DNA from: an uncultured Chthonomonadaceae bacterium | GTDB lineage: Bacteria; Armatimonadota; Chthonomonadetes; Chthonomonadales; Chthonomonadaceae | DNA length: 64,000 nt | Assembly (NCBI GenBank): GCA_963835065.1 | Contig: CAWIEK010000045.1 | Coordinates: 1 to 64,000, forward strand | Reading direction: 5' to 3' | Shown here: positions 42,886 to 54,357 of the stretch, one piece after another | Numbering within the stretch: the first letter of the stretch is position 1 | How the letters are laid out: each line of letters starts with the position of its first letter | The notes under the pieces: generated by a model | The model's input: only the letters and a program-made list of their open reading frames with translations | Database searches by the model: none | What the model was told of the DNA's origin: nothing | Program-made: the position numbers and the translations under genes

Positions 42886-43770
42886 ATGTTCGTTCGCAAT
42901 TCACTGGCCGCTTTACTGGCGGCGGGACTGTTCCTGACGACAATGACAACAATTCGCGCCGAAACCAAGATACCGGAAGAGTGCGCGTCCGGCGGCTGGT
43001 TCATCGGCTGCCAGGCGTGGACGTGGAACCACTTTACCGTGTTTGAGGCCATCGAGAAAACCGCGCAGGCGGGCGGCAAAATCATCGAGTTTTACCCCGG
43101 CCAGAAACTCAGCGCGGAAGAGCCGAACGTCTCGTGGGATCAGAACGCCAGCACGGAAACCATTCAAAAGGTGAAGGACAAACTGGCGCAGTTTCATATC
43201 ACAGCCGTCAACTACGGCGTTGTCGGCATTCCCAAAGACCCCGCCGGGGCGCGTAAACTGTTCGAGTTCGCCAAAGCGCTCGGCCTGCGCGCGATTACGA
43301 CGGAGTCCGTAGACGCCATTGACACGTTCGAGCCGTTGGTCAAGGAATTCGACATCATGGTTGCGTTCCACGATCATCCCAAACGCGCCAATGATCCGAA
43401 CTACAAGATGTGGGATCCGAATTACATTCTGTCCGTCGTGCATAATCGTGACAAGCGGATTGGAGCCTGCGCGGATACGGGGCATTGGGTGCGTTCGGGC
43501 GTGAAGCCCGTCGAGGCCCTGCGCATCCTCAAAGGCCACATCATCAGCAGCCATCTGAAAGACCTGAACGAAAACAGCCCCGGCGCGCACGACGTTCCTT
43601 ACGGCGAAGGCGTCAGCGACGTGCCGGCCATTCTGGACGAACTGAAGAAGCAGGGATTTGAGGGCAATATCTCCGTCGAGTACGAGTACCAGATGGATCG
43701 CTCCATGCCGATGGTCGCGCAGTGTATCGGGTTTGTGCGCGGCTATGGCAGCGCGAAGAACAAAAAGTAG
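42886..43770 (+). CDS. Secreted sugar phosphate isomerase/epimerase (AP endonuclease 2 TIM barrel)
   Basis: CADTGHW, HLKD and SVEYE motifs; signal peptide. Confidence 0.85.
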   Translation: MFVRNSLAALLAAGLFLTTMTTIRAETKIPEECASGGWFIGCQAWTWNHFTVFEAIEKTAQAGGKIIEFYPGQKLSAEEPNVSWDQNASTETIQKVKDKLAQFHITAVNYGVVGIPKDPAGARKLFEFAKALGLRAITTESVDAIDTFEPLVKEFDIMVAFHDHPKRANDPNYKMWDPNYILSVVHNRDKRIGACADTGHWVRSGVKPVEALRILKGHIISSHLKDLNENSPGAHDVPYGEGVSDVPAILDELKKQGFEGNISVEYEYQMDRSMPMVAQCIGFVRGYGSAKNKK

Positions 43771-43953
43771 GGCAAAGGATATGTAACATTCAGCATAAGA
43801 GGTTTTATCTCCTTAGATATAGGTAAATTTTATGCGCAAGAGGCAAATTTCGTGCAACATTGCCGTTTTCCGGTAGATTTTGCGGGATTTATGCACTATA
43901 ATGAACACGAAATTACCACTTTGAAGAGCTATACCGTCGAAGGCTGAAGTTCC

Positions 43954-44496
43954 ATGCTTGACAAAAACCCCTTTGTGATACGGACGCTTGCCCGCCCGGC
44001 TGCGTCCGTATCCCCTTCCCTACTCATTTCCAACCTCAACCGCTCCAGCGACACCGCGCTGACAGTGGTTGGCTCCTCCTACCTGGTGGCGCAATGCTTT
44101 CGCGCGGATGAGAATGGCGGCGAATTACAAAGCGTTGTGATTACGCTCGCTTCCAATCGCGGCAGCGCGTGTCTTGACCTGTATTCCAACTCTTTGGGCA
44201 AACCGGGAAAACAACTGGCGCGGCTGGGTCATTCCGGGCGATTAACGACCAGTCCTGCCAACATCGCGTTTGTGCCGGATACGAGCGTAACGCTGGAACC
44301 GGACACCGCCTACTGGCTTGTGCTGCGCTCCCTGGATGAAAGCGTCAGTTGGTGGAAGACGTTCGCCACCAAAACCATCGGTTCCGGCTGCATCCCCGCG
44401 CCCGCTTCCGGGGCATGCAGCTTTAACGCCGGCGTCACCTGGAACACGCATCCCCTGTCCAGCGGCCCGCAACGCTTTGAAGTTCATCTGCGCTGA
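43954..44496 (+). CDS. Choice-of-anchor R-like beta-sandwich domain protein
   Basis: AQCF, LYSNSLGKPG and LEPDTAYWLVL. Confidence 0.6.
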   Translation: MLDKNPFVIRTLARPAASVSPSLLISNLNRSSDTALTVVGSSYLVAQCFRADENGGELQSVVITLASNRGSACLDLYSNSLGKPGKQLARLGHSGRLTTSPANIAFVPDTSVTLEPDTAYWLVLRSLDESVSWWKTFATKTIGSGCIPAPASGACSFNAGVTWNTHPLSSGPQRFEVHLR

Positions 44497-44513
44497 CAGA
44501 AAAAATATAACGG

Positions 44514-44543
44514 CAGCCTCCTTCCCAAGTTGGAAGGAGGCTG
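44514..44543. terminator. Bidirectional hairpin terminator
   Basis: cagcctccttcc / ggaaggaggctg between convergent genes. Confidence 0.65.
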
Positions 44544-44638
44544 GCTTTGTCTTGAACCATGAGGGATACCTCTCCTCAATCATAATAATCCTAAAATCCT
44601 GAAAATCATGGTTCAAGACAAGAATTTCATTATTCCGG

Positions 44639-46172
44639 CTAGTTCCCCGCTCCACCTGACGGCGGACGCGCCCCGCCGCCTGTTGTCACCGTAACCGGGC
44701 CGAACTTTTTCAAGCCTTCCTCGATCTGCGCCCGCTCACCGACGGCTACCAGTTGGATTTTGTTGTCACCGAGATACTTTTTCGCCACGCGCTGCACATC
44801 AGCAGGCGTGACAGCCGCAATCAGAGCCGGATAGTTGTCCCAATAGTCGCGGGGCAGGCCGTACTGCACCAGTTCCAGCGTCCGACCCAACACTCCCTCC
44901 GGGCTTTCCAGCGTGCGGGCGAAGCTGCCGATCAGGGCGCGTTTGGCGCGGGCGAGTTCGTCACTCGTCACGGGCTTGTCCTGTATGCGCTTGAACTCGT
45001 GGAAGAACTCTTTGACCGCGCCTTCCGTAACGGGAGTGCGGACGCTTGCGGTTGCCTGCCACAGCCCTGTCCAGCGCGGAGCCGTCAGACTGGAGTACGC
45101 GCCATACGTATAGCCCTTGTCTTCGCGCAGGTTCTGGAACAAGCGGGCGGATGCGCCGCCGCCCTAAAATGTGATTGGCGACGACGAGCGGAATGTAATC
45201 CGGGTCGGTGCGGCTGACGCCCGCGTTGGCAAACAGCAAATACGTTTGCGTGGACGCAGGACGGTCAATCAGATAGATGTGCGTTGTGTCTTTTGCCTTC
45301 ACATCCCCCGTCGGCAGGGTCGGCTCCTGCGCTCCCGGCTTCCAATCGGCTAAGGCGCGGGTAAAGTACGCGATCACGTCCTTTGCCTTGACATCTCCCG
45401 TCACGCCCAAGACCGCGCCGTTGGGATGGTAAAAGCCGTCGTAAAAAGCGCGTAAGTCTTCCGTTTTCAGGGCGCGGCGCTGCGTTGTCGTGGCAGGCTG
45501 ACGCGCAAACGGCGTACCCGCATAAAACAGGCGCTCCACCTGCCGCGCCGCCAGCGCGTTTGGACCGCCACCTCCACCGGGACCACCGGGACCACCGCCC
45601 CCACGCCTGCCGCCACCTCCACCGCCAAAGCCACCGCCGCCGCGCCCGTTCAAAGCGTTGTCCAGCCGATCCGAAGGGAACGTTGGATGCAGCAGTACGT
45701 CGGCTAGCAATTCTTGAAAAGCGTCCGCGTGGTCACTGGTTCCTCCAACCGTCAGGGTTGTGGTTTCCAAATTGGCGTTTGCCGACAAATTCGCGCCCCA
45801 ATCTTCCAGTGGCTGCGTAATGTCGGCAAACGAGCGCGACGTGGTTCCTTCCGTCAGCAGGGAAGCGGTCAGCTGCGCCAATCCGGGCTTGGGTTCCAGC
45901 AGGGTTCCGGCTTTCAGGGTCAGCGCCATACGGACGGTCGGCAGGTGATGGTTTTCCAGCACAAAAATGCGCAGGCCGTTGGGCAGCGTGGCTTCTACGG
46001 GGCGCGGCAGTTTCAATTGCAGCAGTTCGGAAGCGACGGGCGCTTTATTTTTCAAAATCGCGCGGCGTCCCGTATCGCCGCTCAGGTCTTCGCCCTCCTG
46101 CGCCCGCGCCACAAGCGACAGGCACAGCAAACCGGCGCACAATACTGGTATTTTCAAGAACGATTGGTTCAT
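44639..46172 (-). pseudogene. M16 peptidase, non-catalytic subunit, with a +1 frameshift near 45163
   Basis: LPNGLRIFV; removing one G at 45162-45164 restores ILGGGASARLFQNLREDKGYTYG. Confidence 0.8.
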
Positions 46173-46293
46173 GGCTTCACCACCTCCAGCCTAACAAGTT
46201 AATTTTCCATGCGCAGGTACGCCCTATCGTATGAAAGCTACCGCTCCATTCGCGTTCATTCGCGGCTGCTTCATACTTGACAGGAAAACTGAT

Positions 46294-47703
46294 TCAGGGA
46301 GCGCCTGCGGAACCGTCGCCGTCATCCGCAGGGGTTGTGGCGCGGCGGGCAGGCTTGCCAAGCACGATCAGCCGATGCTTTTCCACCAGATATTTTTGCG
46401 CCACGCGCTTTACATCCTCGGCGGTCACGGCTTCCAGATGCGGCAGCAGCGAATTGATGCGGCCCGGATCGTTATAAAACACGGTATCCTCGGCCAGCGT
46501 GTTGGCGCGGTTCAGGGACGTTTGCAGGCCGGACAGGGTTTGGGTCAGGGCGGACGCTTTGGCGCGGCGCAGTTCTTCGGCAGTGGGGCCGTCCGTCTGC
46601 ACCTTGCGGATCACGTCGGAGACCGCCGCTTCCACTTTTGACGGGTCGCCGTTTACGCCCATATTGAGGGCAAACGTGAACAGCGAGATGCCCCGCGACT
46701 CGCTGATGCGGGCGCTGGCGCTTTGCGCCAGATTGGTCGTGACAAGGGCTTCACGCAATCGGGACTGCCGCCCCTGATTAAGAACGCTGCTCAAAATGCG
46801 CAGGGCGTAATAATCGGGATGGTTGCCGGGCACGGTGGGAAACGCGATAGACAGGCGCGGCGTTCGCGCCAGTTTATCTTCCACCGTCTGCCGCTTTTCC
46901 GCCTGCAATTCCGGTTCGGAAACATCCAGCGCGGGCGGGTCAGGATGCTTTTCCAGTTTGCCGAAATACTGCTCTATTTTCGTTTTTGCCAGTCGCGGGT
47001 CGAAATCCCCGGCAACGGCAAGCACGGCATTGTTGGGCGCATAGTACGTCTTGTAAAACGCCTTGACATCCTCCAGCGTGGCCGCGTTCAGGTCGTCCAT
47101 GCTGCCGATGGTCGTATGCTTGTACGCGAAATTGGTATACGCCAGATCGAGCAGCGCGTCCTGAAATCCGCTGTACGGTTGATTGTCATACCGCTGACGG
47201 CGCTCTTCCTGCACCACAAGGCGCTGGTTATCCAGATTGTCCTTGTTGATGTCCAGCGCGCGCATCCGGTCGGCTTCCAGATACAGGGCAAGGTCGAGTT
47301 GGTTGGCGGGCAGAGTTTCAAAGAAGTTGGTGCGGTCAGCGTTCGTGGTTCCATTAAATGAGCCGCCGTTGTCATTGACAAGCACGAAATGCTCGCCCCT
47401 GCCGATGTTTTCGGAGCCTTGAAACATCAGATGCTCGAACAGGTGGGCAAAACCCGTCCGTCCGGGCCGTTCATTGCGCGAACCGACATCGTAGGTGACG
47501 CTGACGGCCACAACCGGCGCGCTTTTGTCGGGAGCGAGGACGACGCGCAGGCCGTTTTTCAGCTTGAACTGCGAAAACTTCACCTGCGGAATTTTGAGAT
47601 GGCGGGCATTGTCCGCGCTGTCCTGCGCCGCGCACATCACAGATGAAAACGCGCAGGAGCCAAACAACGCCGGGAGCAGCAGCAAACGGGATGATAGGCG
47701 CAT
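46294..47703 (-). CDS. M16 (pitrilysin) family zinc peptidase, catalytic subunit
   Basis: GFAHLFEHLMF (HxxEH), NGTT and VVQEERR. Confidence 0.92.
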   Translation of the reverse strand: MRLSSRLLLLPALFGSCAFSSVMCAAQDSADNARHLKIPQVKFSQFKLKNGLRVVLAPDKSAPVVAVSVTYDVGSRNERPGRTGFAHLFEHLMFQGSENIGRGEHFVLVNDNGGSFNGTTNADRTNFFETLPANQLDLALYLEADRMRALDINKDNLDNQRLVVQEERRQRYDNQPYSGFQDALLDLAYTNFAYKHTTIGSMDDLNAATLEDVKAFYKTYYAPNNAVLAVAGDFDPRLAKTKIEQYFGKLEKHPDPPALDVSEPELQAEKRQTVEDKLARTPRLSIAFPTVPGNHPDYYALRILSSVLNQGRQSRLREALVTTNLAQSASARISESRGISLFTFALNMGVNGDPSKVEAAVSDVIRKVQTDGPTAEELRRAKASALTQTLSGLQTSLNRANTLAEDTVFYNDPGRINSLLPHLEAVTAEDVKRVAQKYLVEKHRLIVLGKPARRATTPADDGDGSAGAP

Positions 47704-48034
47704 AGTTTCACTTCCGGTTAGATCAGGGTAAATGAGGATGGCAATGAGGCAACAACGATGTTCCAAAATGACAGACGACAGCCCATATATAAGGTTAGCA
47801 CAAAGACGCCGGATTTCAAACGGAAGAAAGTAGTAAAACGCAGGAAGGAAGAAACAGCAAGCAGTCCAAAGAGGAAAAAGAAAAACTGTCCGTAGAAGTT
47901 TGCAGAGCGTGGTCACGATAAACCCATGAAATTAATCACGGAGTTGCATTAGGTGTGTAAGCTCCAACGGTCAGGCTGCGGACAGTTATGAGAAATAGTA
48001 TGCGGCATCAACACCAGTTTGTCAAGCACGAACA

Positions 48035-48586
48035 TTATAACACACAAGGGCCTTCAATCAATGGCAGCAGATGCGCGGCTATTTTGGCGATGTTGCGGGC
48101 ATCATCTATGCCACGATGGTGGGTTCCCGATAGCGGGATGTTCAGCATTGCCAACGCGCCTCTCATGCCTGTCGGCTTGACGCTCTTCTGCCGCGAGAAC
48201 TCTTTCTTCAGGTTGATGTGGTTCTCGAACGAAGGCGGCAGTTCCATTTTGTGCCGTTCGCAATCCGTTCGGAACTGGTTCAGATCGTAAGCGCCCCACG
48301 AACACAGCCGAAACGGTTCTTCGCCAATCCAGTTGACGAACTGCGGAAACACGGCCCAGAAATAACCCGCCGCGTCTATATCTTCCTGCCGAATGGAAGT
48401 CAGCCGCGTACAAAACTCGCTCAACTGCGGCGAAGCAACCGGCTTGACAAACGCCGCAAACTCACGGCTGACTGTCCCCTCGCTCAACTCCAGCATCACC
48501 GCGCCGATTTCAATGATCTCCATTCGGCTCGGAGTTTGCCCCGTTTCCCAACAGGTTGCTTCCAAATCTACAATCACGTATCGCAT
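48035..48586 (-). CDS. DEDDh 3'-5' exonuclease (ERI-1/KapD-like)
   Basis: VIVDLEATC, EIIEIGAV, SWGAYD and HHRGIDDA. Confidence 0.92.
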   Translation of the reverse strand: MRYVIVDLEATCWETGQTPSRMEIIEIGAVMLELSEGTVSREFAAFVKPVASPQLSEFCTRLTSIRQEDIDAAGYFWAVFPQFVNWIGEEPFRLCSWGAYDLNQFRTDCERHKMELPPSFENHINLKKEFSRQKSVKPTGMRGALAMLNIPLSGTHHRGIDDARNIAKIAAHLLPLIEGPCVL

Positions 48587-48598
48587 GACATATCCTTG

Positions 48599-49234
48599 CT
48601 AAAACGGACGAACGGCAAAGTCGCCAAGCGTGACGGTGTAACTGTTCTGCTCGTTTCGCGCCACGTAGCTGACGATGGTTTCTCCGGCTATGGCGACGGC
48701 AAGCCCGACGAGATTGCGGGCAAGCGGGTAATCGCAAACATCATCGTTGACATCGGAGGGAACGCGGTACGCGCTGTTCCAGATGATTTCGGCGTAATCG
48801 CCCGCAAGCCCGACGTGCAGGCACGGCAGATTGGCTTTTTCGCAGGCGTCTTTAACCGCCTGCCGAGAACCGCTGTTGTCGAACGTGTCTACCACCAGAC
48901 CGCTTCCCGCCAGCAGTTTGCCCGCATTGGCCGGCGTCAGTTCTTCGGCATAAGGCTCCACTTTCACGGCAAGGGCGCGGTACAGCGTATTCGCCAGAAT
49001 TTTCGCTTTGTGCGCGCCAATGTCCGAACGGTAAAACGGCTGCGTGGATAGGTTGCGCTCCTCCACTCGATCCCGGTCAATCACGCGCAAGCGCCCAAAC
49101 CCCTGCCGCGCCAAACTCTCCACAAGATTCGCCCCCAACGCCCCACCCCCGCAAACCGTAACAGGCAGATCCTTCATCCGCCGCATCACCTCTCCGCTGC
49201 GGTAAAGTTGTTCATGATAAAGCGCGTCATTCAT
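48599..49234 (-). CDS. ThiF/E1-like adenylyltransferase
   Basis: CGGGALG, IDRDRVEERNLSTQ and VVDTFDN; C-terminal Cys in DDVCDY. Confidence 0.9.
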   Translation of the reverse strand: MNDALYHEQLYRSGEVMRRMKDLPVTVCGGGALGANLVESLARQGFGRLRVIDRDRVEERNLSTQPFYRSDIGAHKAKILANTLYRALAVKVEPYAEELTPANAGKLLAGSGLVVDTFDNSGSRQAVKDACEKANLPCLHVGLAGDYAEIIWNSAYRVPSDVNDDVCDYPLARNLVGLAVAIAGETIVSYVARNEQNSYTVTLGDFAVRPF

Positions 49235-49281
49235 CCTTCATCCTTGTCTTTCATCACTCATCACTTATCACTCATCATTCA

Positions 49282-50208
49282 TCAATACTCTTCGTCGTCC
49301 CAATAGCCGGGTTCGCGCTTTTCAATCACGCCTACGAGCGATTGCAGGTCGAACTTTTGGTCTTCCCCGCTCAGGCAGATGCCGGAACTGATGACCGTCA
49401 AATCTTGTTTGCTGATGGCGGAATGGTGGGCTTTGCCGTCACCCGTTGTCCATGCCACCTGCCAGAACTCGCCCTTGTCCTCATAACTGCGCAGGTTGCC
49501 GCCCGCGCCCTGCAACGCGCCGCGCAAGCGTTCCTCATCCCGCCGCACACTCAGGCGGTCGTAAAGTTCCTTAACTTGGGGCGCGTTCGGGTTGTAACGT
49601 TCGCCCACCAGCGCGTTGAAGGCCGTATCACTTTGCAGCGACAGTTCATAGGTGGCGCGCATCTCCGGCGTCAGTCCCGCAAAGCGCAGCGTTTCTGATG
49701 CCTCAACGCGCATTAGCGATTCCTGCAAGGCTTCGGCAGGCGCGGGGTCAGCGCGGCGATCCAGTGTTTCAAACCACCACGTTCGCCCATCCCCGCGAAC
49801 AATCACCTGCTCGAAACTGCGCGCGGCCTCCACCAGATGTACCAGCAAAGGACGCGCGCTGCCTACCTTTTGCTTGGCATCCGACTCGTTGACGGGGTAC
49901 GCCAGCCAGCTTCGATGCTGCAGCCGATGCACCAGCCGAACGCGCAGGGGCAGCAGTTTCCTCAGATACTCCTCAATCAGCATCAAGTCTGCCGTTTCCG
50001 CCACATCCGCGTTGCGCTCATCGCGGGGGCGAAACAACCCCCATCCTTCAAAGTCGCGCGGGCGCGGCGTAAACGTCTGCACGAGTCCGGCAATGCGCGT
50101 CCGCGCGGTTCCCCCACGGACGCAAGGCGCAAGAAACGTGGTTTCTCGCGCCTTTGCTTCTTCGGAAGCCATTTGTTTTAATAGATTCTGAATGTTGAAA
50201 CGGCTCAT
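49282..50208 (-). CDS. Hypothetical protein with a C-terminal SGICLSG motif (possible E2-like component)
   Basis: Long ORF inside the operon; ATG at 50208; function is inference only. Confidence 0.75.
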   Translation of the reverse strand: MSRFNIQNLLKQMASEEAKARETTFLAPCVRGGTARTRIAGLVQTFTPRPRDFEGWGLFRPRDERNADVAETADLMLIEEYLRKLLPLRVRLVHRLQHRSWLAYPVNESDAKQKVGSARPLLVHLVEAARSFEQVIVRGDGRTWWFETLDRRADPAPAEALQESLMRVEASETLRFAGLTPEMRATYELSLQSDTAFNALVGERYNPNAPQVKELYDRLSVRRDEERLRGALQGAGGNLRSYEDKGEFWQVAWTTGDGKAHHSAISKQDLTVISSGICLSGEDQKFDLQSLVGVIEKREPGYWDDEEY

Positions 50209-50454
50209 AATCGTCTGTTCGCGCGCAAGTTTGAAAAGCAAAGCGCTGTCATGTCAGTTGGCTCCGCCGGGCTGCTGTTACGCGCTCATTAAAGGGTGGC
50301 TGCTTCTAAGCCTACCTGCCGGGTTCATCGCGTCCCTGCCACTTCGCGCCCGTCCACAAACCGACTGTCGCCACAGCCTATATGTGAACGGTACTGTTCC
50401 TCTCGTACTTGTGTATGTAGGCTTCTGCGGTTGGGGCGCGCGAACTGACGATTA
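50208..50454 (-). ncRNA. Y-RNA-like ncRNA 3 carrying 23S rRNA mimics (sarcin-ricin loop and L11-binding GTPase centre)
   Basis: 18-bp closing stem with one mismatch; shared scaffold; AGUACGAGAGGA at 50409-50398; GGCUUAGAAGCAGCCACCCUUUAAUGAGCGCGUAACAGC within 50322-50267. Confidence 0.8.
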
Positions 50455-50524
50455 CGAGTTCCGTTACATCCTCTATCGCGCGCCTACCCCGTTTGCTAAA
50501 CGCATTGCTTCCAAAGCTCAATAC

Positions 50525-52012
<1,488 letters not shown>

Positions 52013-52107
52013 TCAGGTTTCAGGGATCAGGGCAATGCCGCTGCTTGGAAGATAGCACAAAGCAGTACGCATGTCCTGACCCCTGACCCCTGAAACCTGA
52101 CAAAGTC

Positions 52108-52234
52108 CTGCCTCGCATAAGTTCGGAAAGCTGTGGGTATACATAGGATTTGAACCTATAACAGTCTGGGTATCAACCAGATTGTCCTACCAATGGACAT
52201 GTATGTAAGCTTCCACAGTCAGGATGCGAGGCAG
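52108..52234 (-). ncRNA. Y-RNA-like ncRNA 2 with a tRNA-Ile(GAU)-like domain
   Basis: 11-bp closing stem; D arm GUCC-AUUGGUA-GGAC; anticodon arm UCUGG-UUGAUAC-CCAGA; T arm AUAGG-UUCAAAU-CCUAU. Confidence 0.8.
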
Positions 52235-52261
52235 AAGTGTCGTATGTGATTATAAAAGGGT

Positions 52262-52415
52262 TTTGTTCCGCGCAAGTTCCAAAAGCGGGTTTTCACTGGC
52301 GCTCTGCCACTGAGCTACAGCCGCCCAATGTATGCGGCTGACAGGATTCGAACCTGTGACTTCCCCATTAAGAGTGGAATGTGTGTACGCTTCTCGCGTC
52401 AGGGCGCGGAACAAA
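52262..52415 (-). ncRNA. YrlA-like ncRNA 1 with a circularly permuted tRNA-Lys(CUU)-like domain
   Basis: 12-bp closing stem; order is anticodon arm (CUCUUAA loop), T arm ACAGG-UUCGAAU-CCUGU, CAGCCGC, 9-nt loop, GCGGCUG, UA, D arm GCUC-AGUGGCA-GAGC. Confidence 0.85.
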
Positions 52416-52449
52416 CTGTCAAATTTGAACTATTCTCAACCCTCAACTC

Positions 52450-52871
<422 letters not shown>

Positions 52872-52981
52872 AGAAACACTGTGGAATGTGCTATATGTTT
52901 GTAGAAAGTTATTGTCCCTTTGCCACAAAAAATCTTCAACGGTTTATCACAAAGTAACGACTTAGGTTAGCACTTAAATTC

Positions 52982-54256
52982 ATGGCAATTAAATTCGTAG
53001 CACCCTCTAATGCAGACGCCGTGAGCGATCCTAAAACGATCCGGCACTATTTCATGCTCGTTTTCACAGGCTATTTAGGGTTAATCCTGATTAGCCCAAA
53101 AAGCGGGTTGGGATTACTGCCTCTCCGTTTTCTTCTGAAAAACCAACTGCATGTTACTGCAAAGGACATGGCGTTATTCCTCGCGGTAGGCACGTTTGCG
53201 CTTTACCTCAAGCCCTTAGCCGGAATTTTCACAGACAGCATTTTGCTGTTTGGAACCAGACATCGGCATTACTTTCTTTTTAGCGCCGCAGGCATTGCCA
53301 TCTTGTGGCTTGTTTTAGGTCTGGTTCCCAAAACCTATCCTGCTCTGCTTTGCGCCACAATCGCTTTGACCCTCTGCTGGACGGTGGCACAGACGACACT
53401 TGGCGGACTGGCTGTTGAAATCGGGAAAGAGCATGGCATACCGGGAAGGTTGGCCTCATTGCGGGAAGGTGCGGCAGCACTTACCATTTTGGTACGAGGG
53501 CCTGTTGGAGGCTTTCTCGCAACGCAAGCCTTTATTCTTTGCGCGTTTGTAAACGGCGCTCTCACTGCTTTACTGGCTCTGCTCTTCTTTTTCTGGTTAC
53601 AGGAAGCGCCCGGTGACCAAAATTATGAAGGAGCCTGGAACAGTGTGCGCGAACAATTCGGGCTTCTGTTTCAATCCCGCACCATGTGGGTTGCGACAGG
53701 CTTATATTGCTTGGTGTGTTTCAATCCGGCCTCGCATACCCCTTTGTTTTATTATCAATCAGAGAAACTTAAGTTCACGCCTGAGTTTATCGGCAAGCTT
53801 GGAGTTATCAATGGCGCTTTAGATTTAACCGGCGCGATCCTTTATGCGTTTGCCTGTAAACGTCTGCGCCTCCAAACATTATTAACCATAGGTATCTGTA
53901 TCAACACGCTCTCAGCCCTGCTGTACCTCGCTTATCGCTCTCATAATTCGGCGATGGTTCTCGAAGGAGCCGAGGGACTGGGATTTGGTTTGGCAACACT
54001 CCCACTCCTCGATTTACTGGCCCGCGCAACGCCGAAATATTGTGAGGCATTCGGCTATGCTCTGATGTTCAGTTTGGGATATGCGTCTGTTGCGCTCTCC
54101 GACGTGGTTGGCTCATGGGTGTTCGACCACTATCATCATAATTTCTCGCTGTTAATCTGGCTGAACGCCGGAACGACCGCTTTAGTCTTCCTGGCAGTTC
54201 CCTTCCTGCCGCGCGCCGTGATCAGGTGGCGGGATGGCGAAAGTATGCCTGACTGA
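52982..54256 (+). CDS. MFS transporter (BT1-like)
   Basis: About 12 TM; TDSILLFGTRHRHY and LLARATPKYCEA; paralog of 19445-20809. Confidence 0.8.
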   Translation: MAIKFVAPSNADAVSDPKTIRHYFMLVFTGYLGLILISPKSGLGLLPLRFLLKNQLHVTAKDMALFLAVGTFALYLKPLAGIFTDSILLFGTRHRHYFLFSAAGIAILWLVLGLVPKTYPALLCATIALTLCWTVAQTTLGGLAVEIGKEHGIPGRLASLREGAAALTILVRGPVGGFLATQAFILCAFVNGALTALLALLFFFWLQEAPGDQNYEGAWNSVREQFGLLFQSRTMWVATGLYCLVCFNPASHTPLFYYQSEKLKFTPEFIGKLGVINGALDLTGAILYAFACKRLRLQTLLTIGICINTLSALLYLAYRSHNSAMVLEGAEGLGFGLATLPLLDLLARATPKYCEAFGYALMFSLGYASVALSDVVGSWVFDHYHHNFSLLIWLNAGTTALVFLAVPFLPRAVIRWRDGESMPD

Positions 54257-54357
54257 AAGGCATAAGCATCAACATAGAACCACCCATATTGTAGGATGCG
54301 GACGGCAGTTCATGCCGCTCATTTGTACCTGTTGGTCATTTTATCGGAGGAACACGG

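Noticed and set aside
48599..49234. ThiF as a thiamine or molybdopterin biosynthesis enzyme (thiF/moeB)
   Set aside because: No CxxC zinc motifs and no thi or moa genes nearby; the context points to a different role
50330..50392. Possible 16S h44 decoding-site or 23S H93 mimic in the middle hairpin of ncRNA3 (CCGUUCACA...UGUGGACGGGCGCGAAGUGG)
   Set aside because: The hairpin is real but the resemblance is too short and loose to support without homolog alignments
50267..50409. rRNA gene or rRNA pseudogene
   Set aside because: Only two short motifs match, in reversed order, separated by non-rRNA sequence and enclosed by the scaffold
52108..52415. Two ordinary tRNA genes (Ile, Lys)
   Set aside because: One lacks a full acceptor stem and the other has its halves in permuted order; both sit inside a shared non-tRNA scaffold
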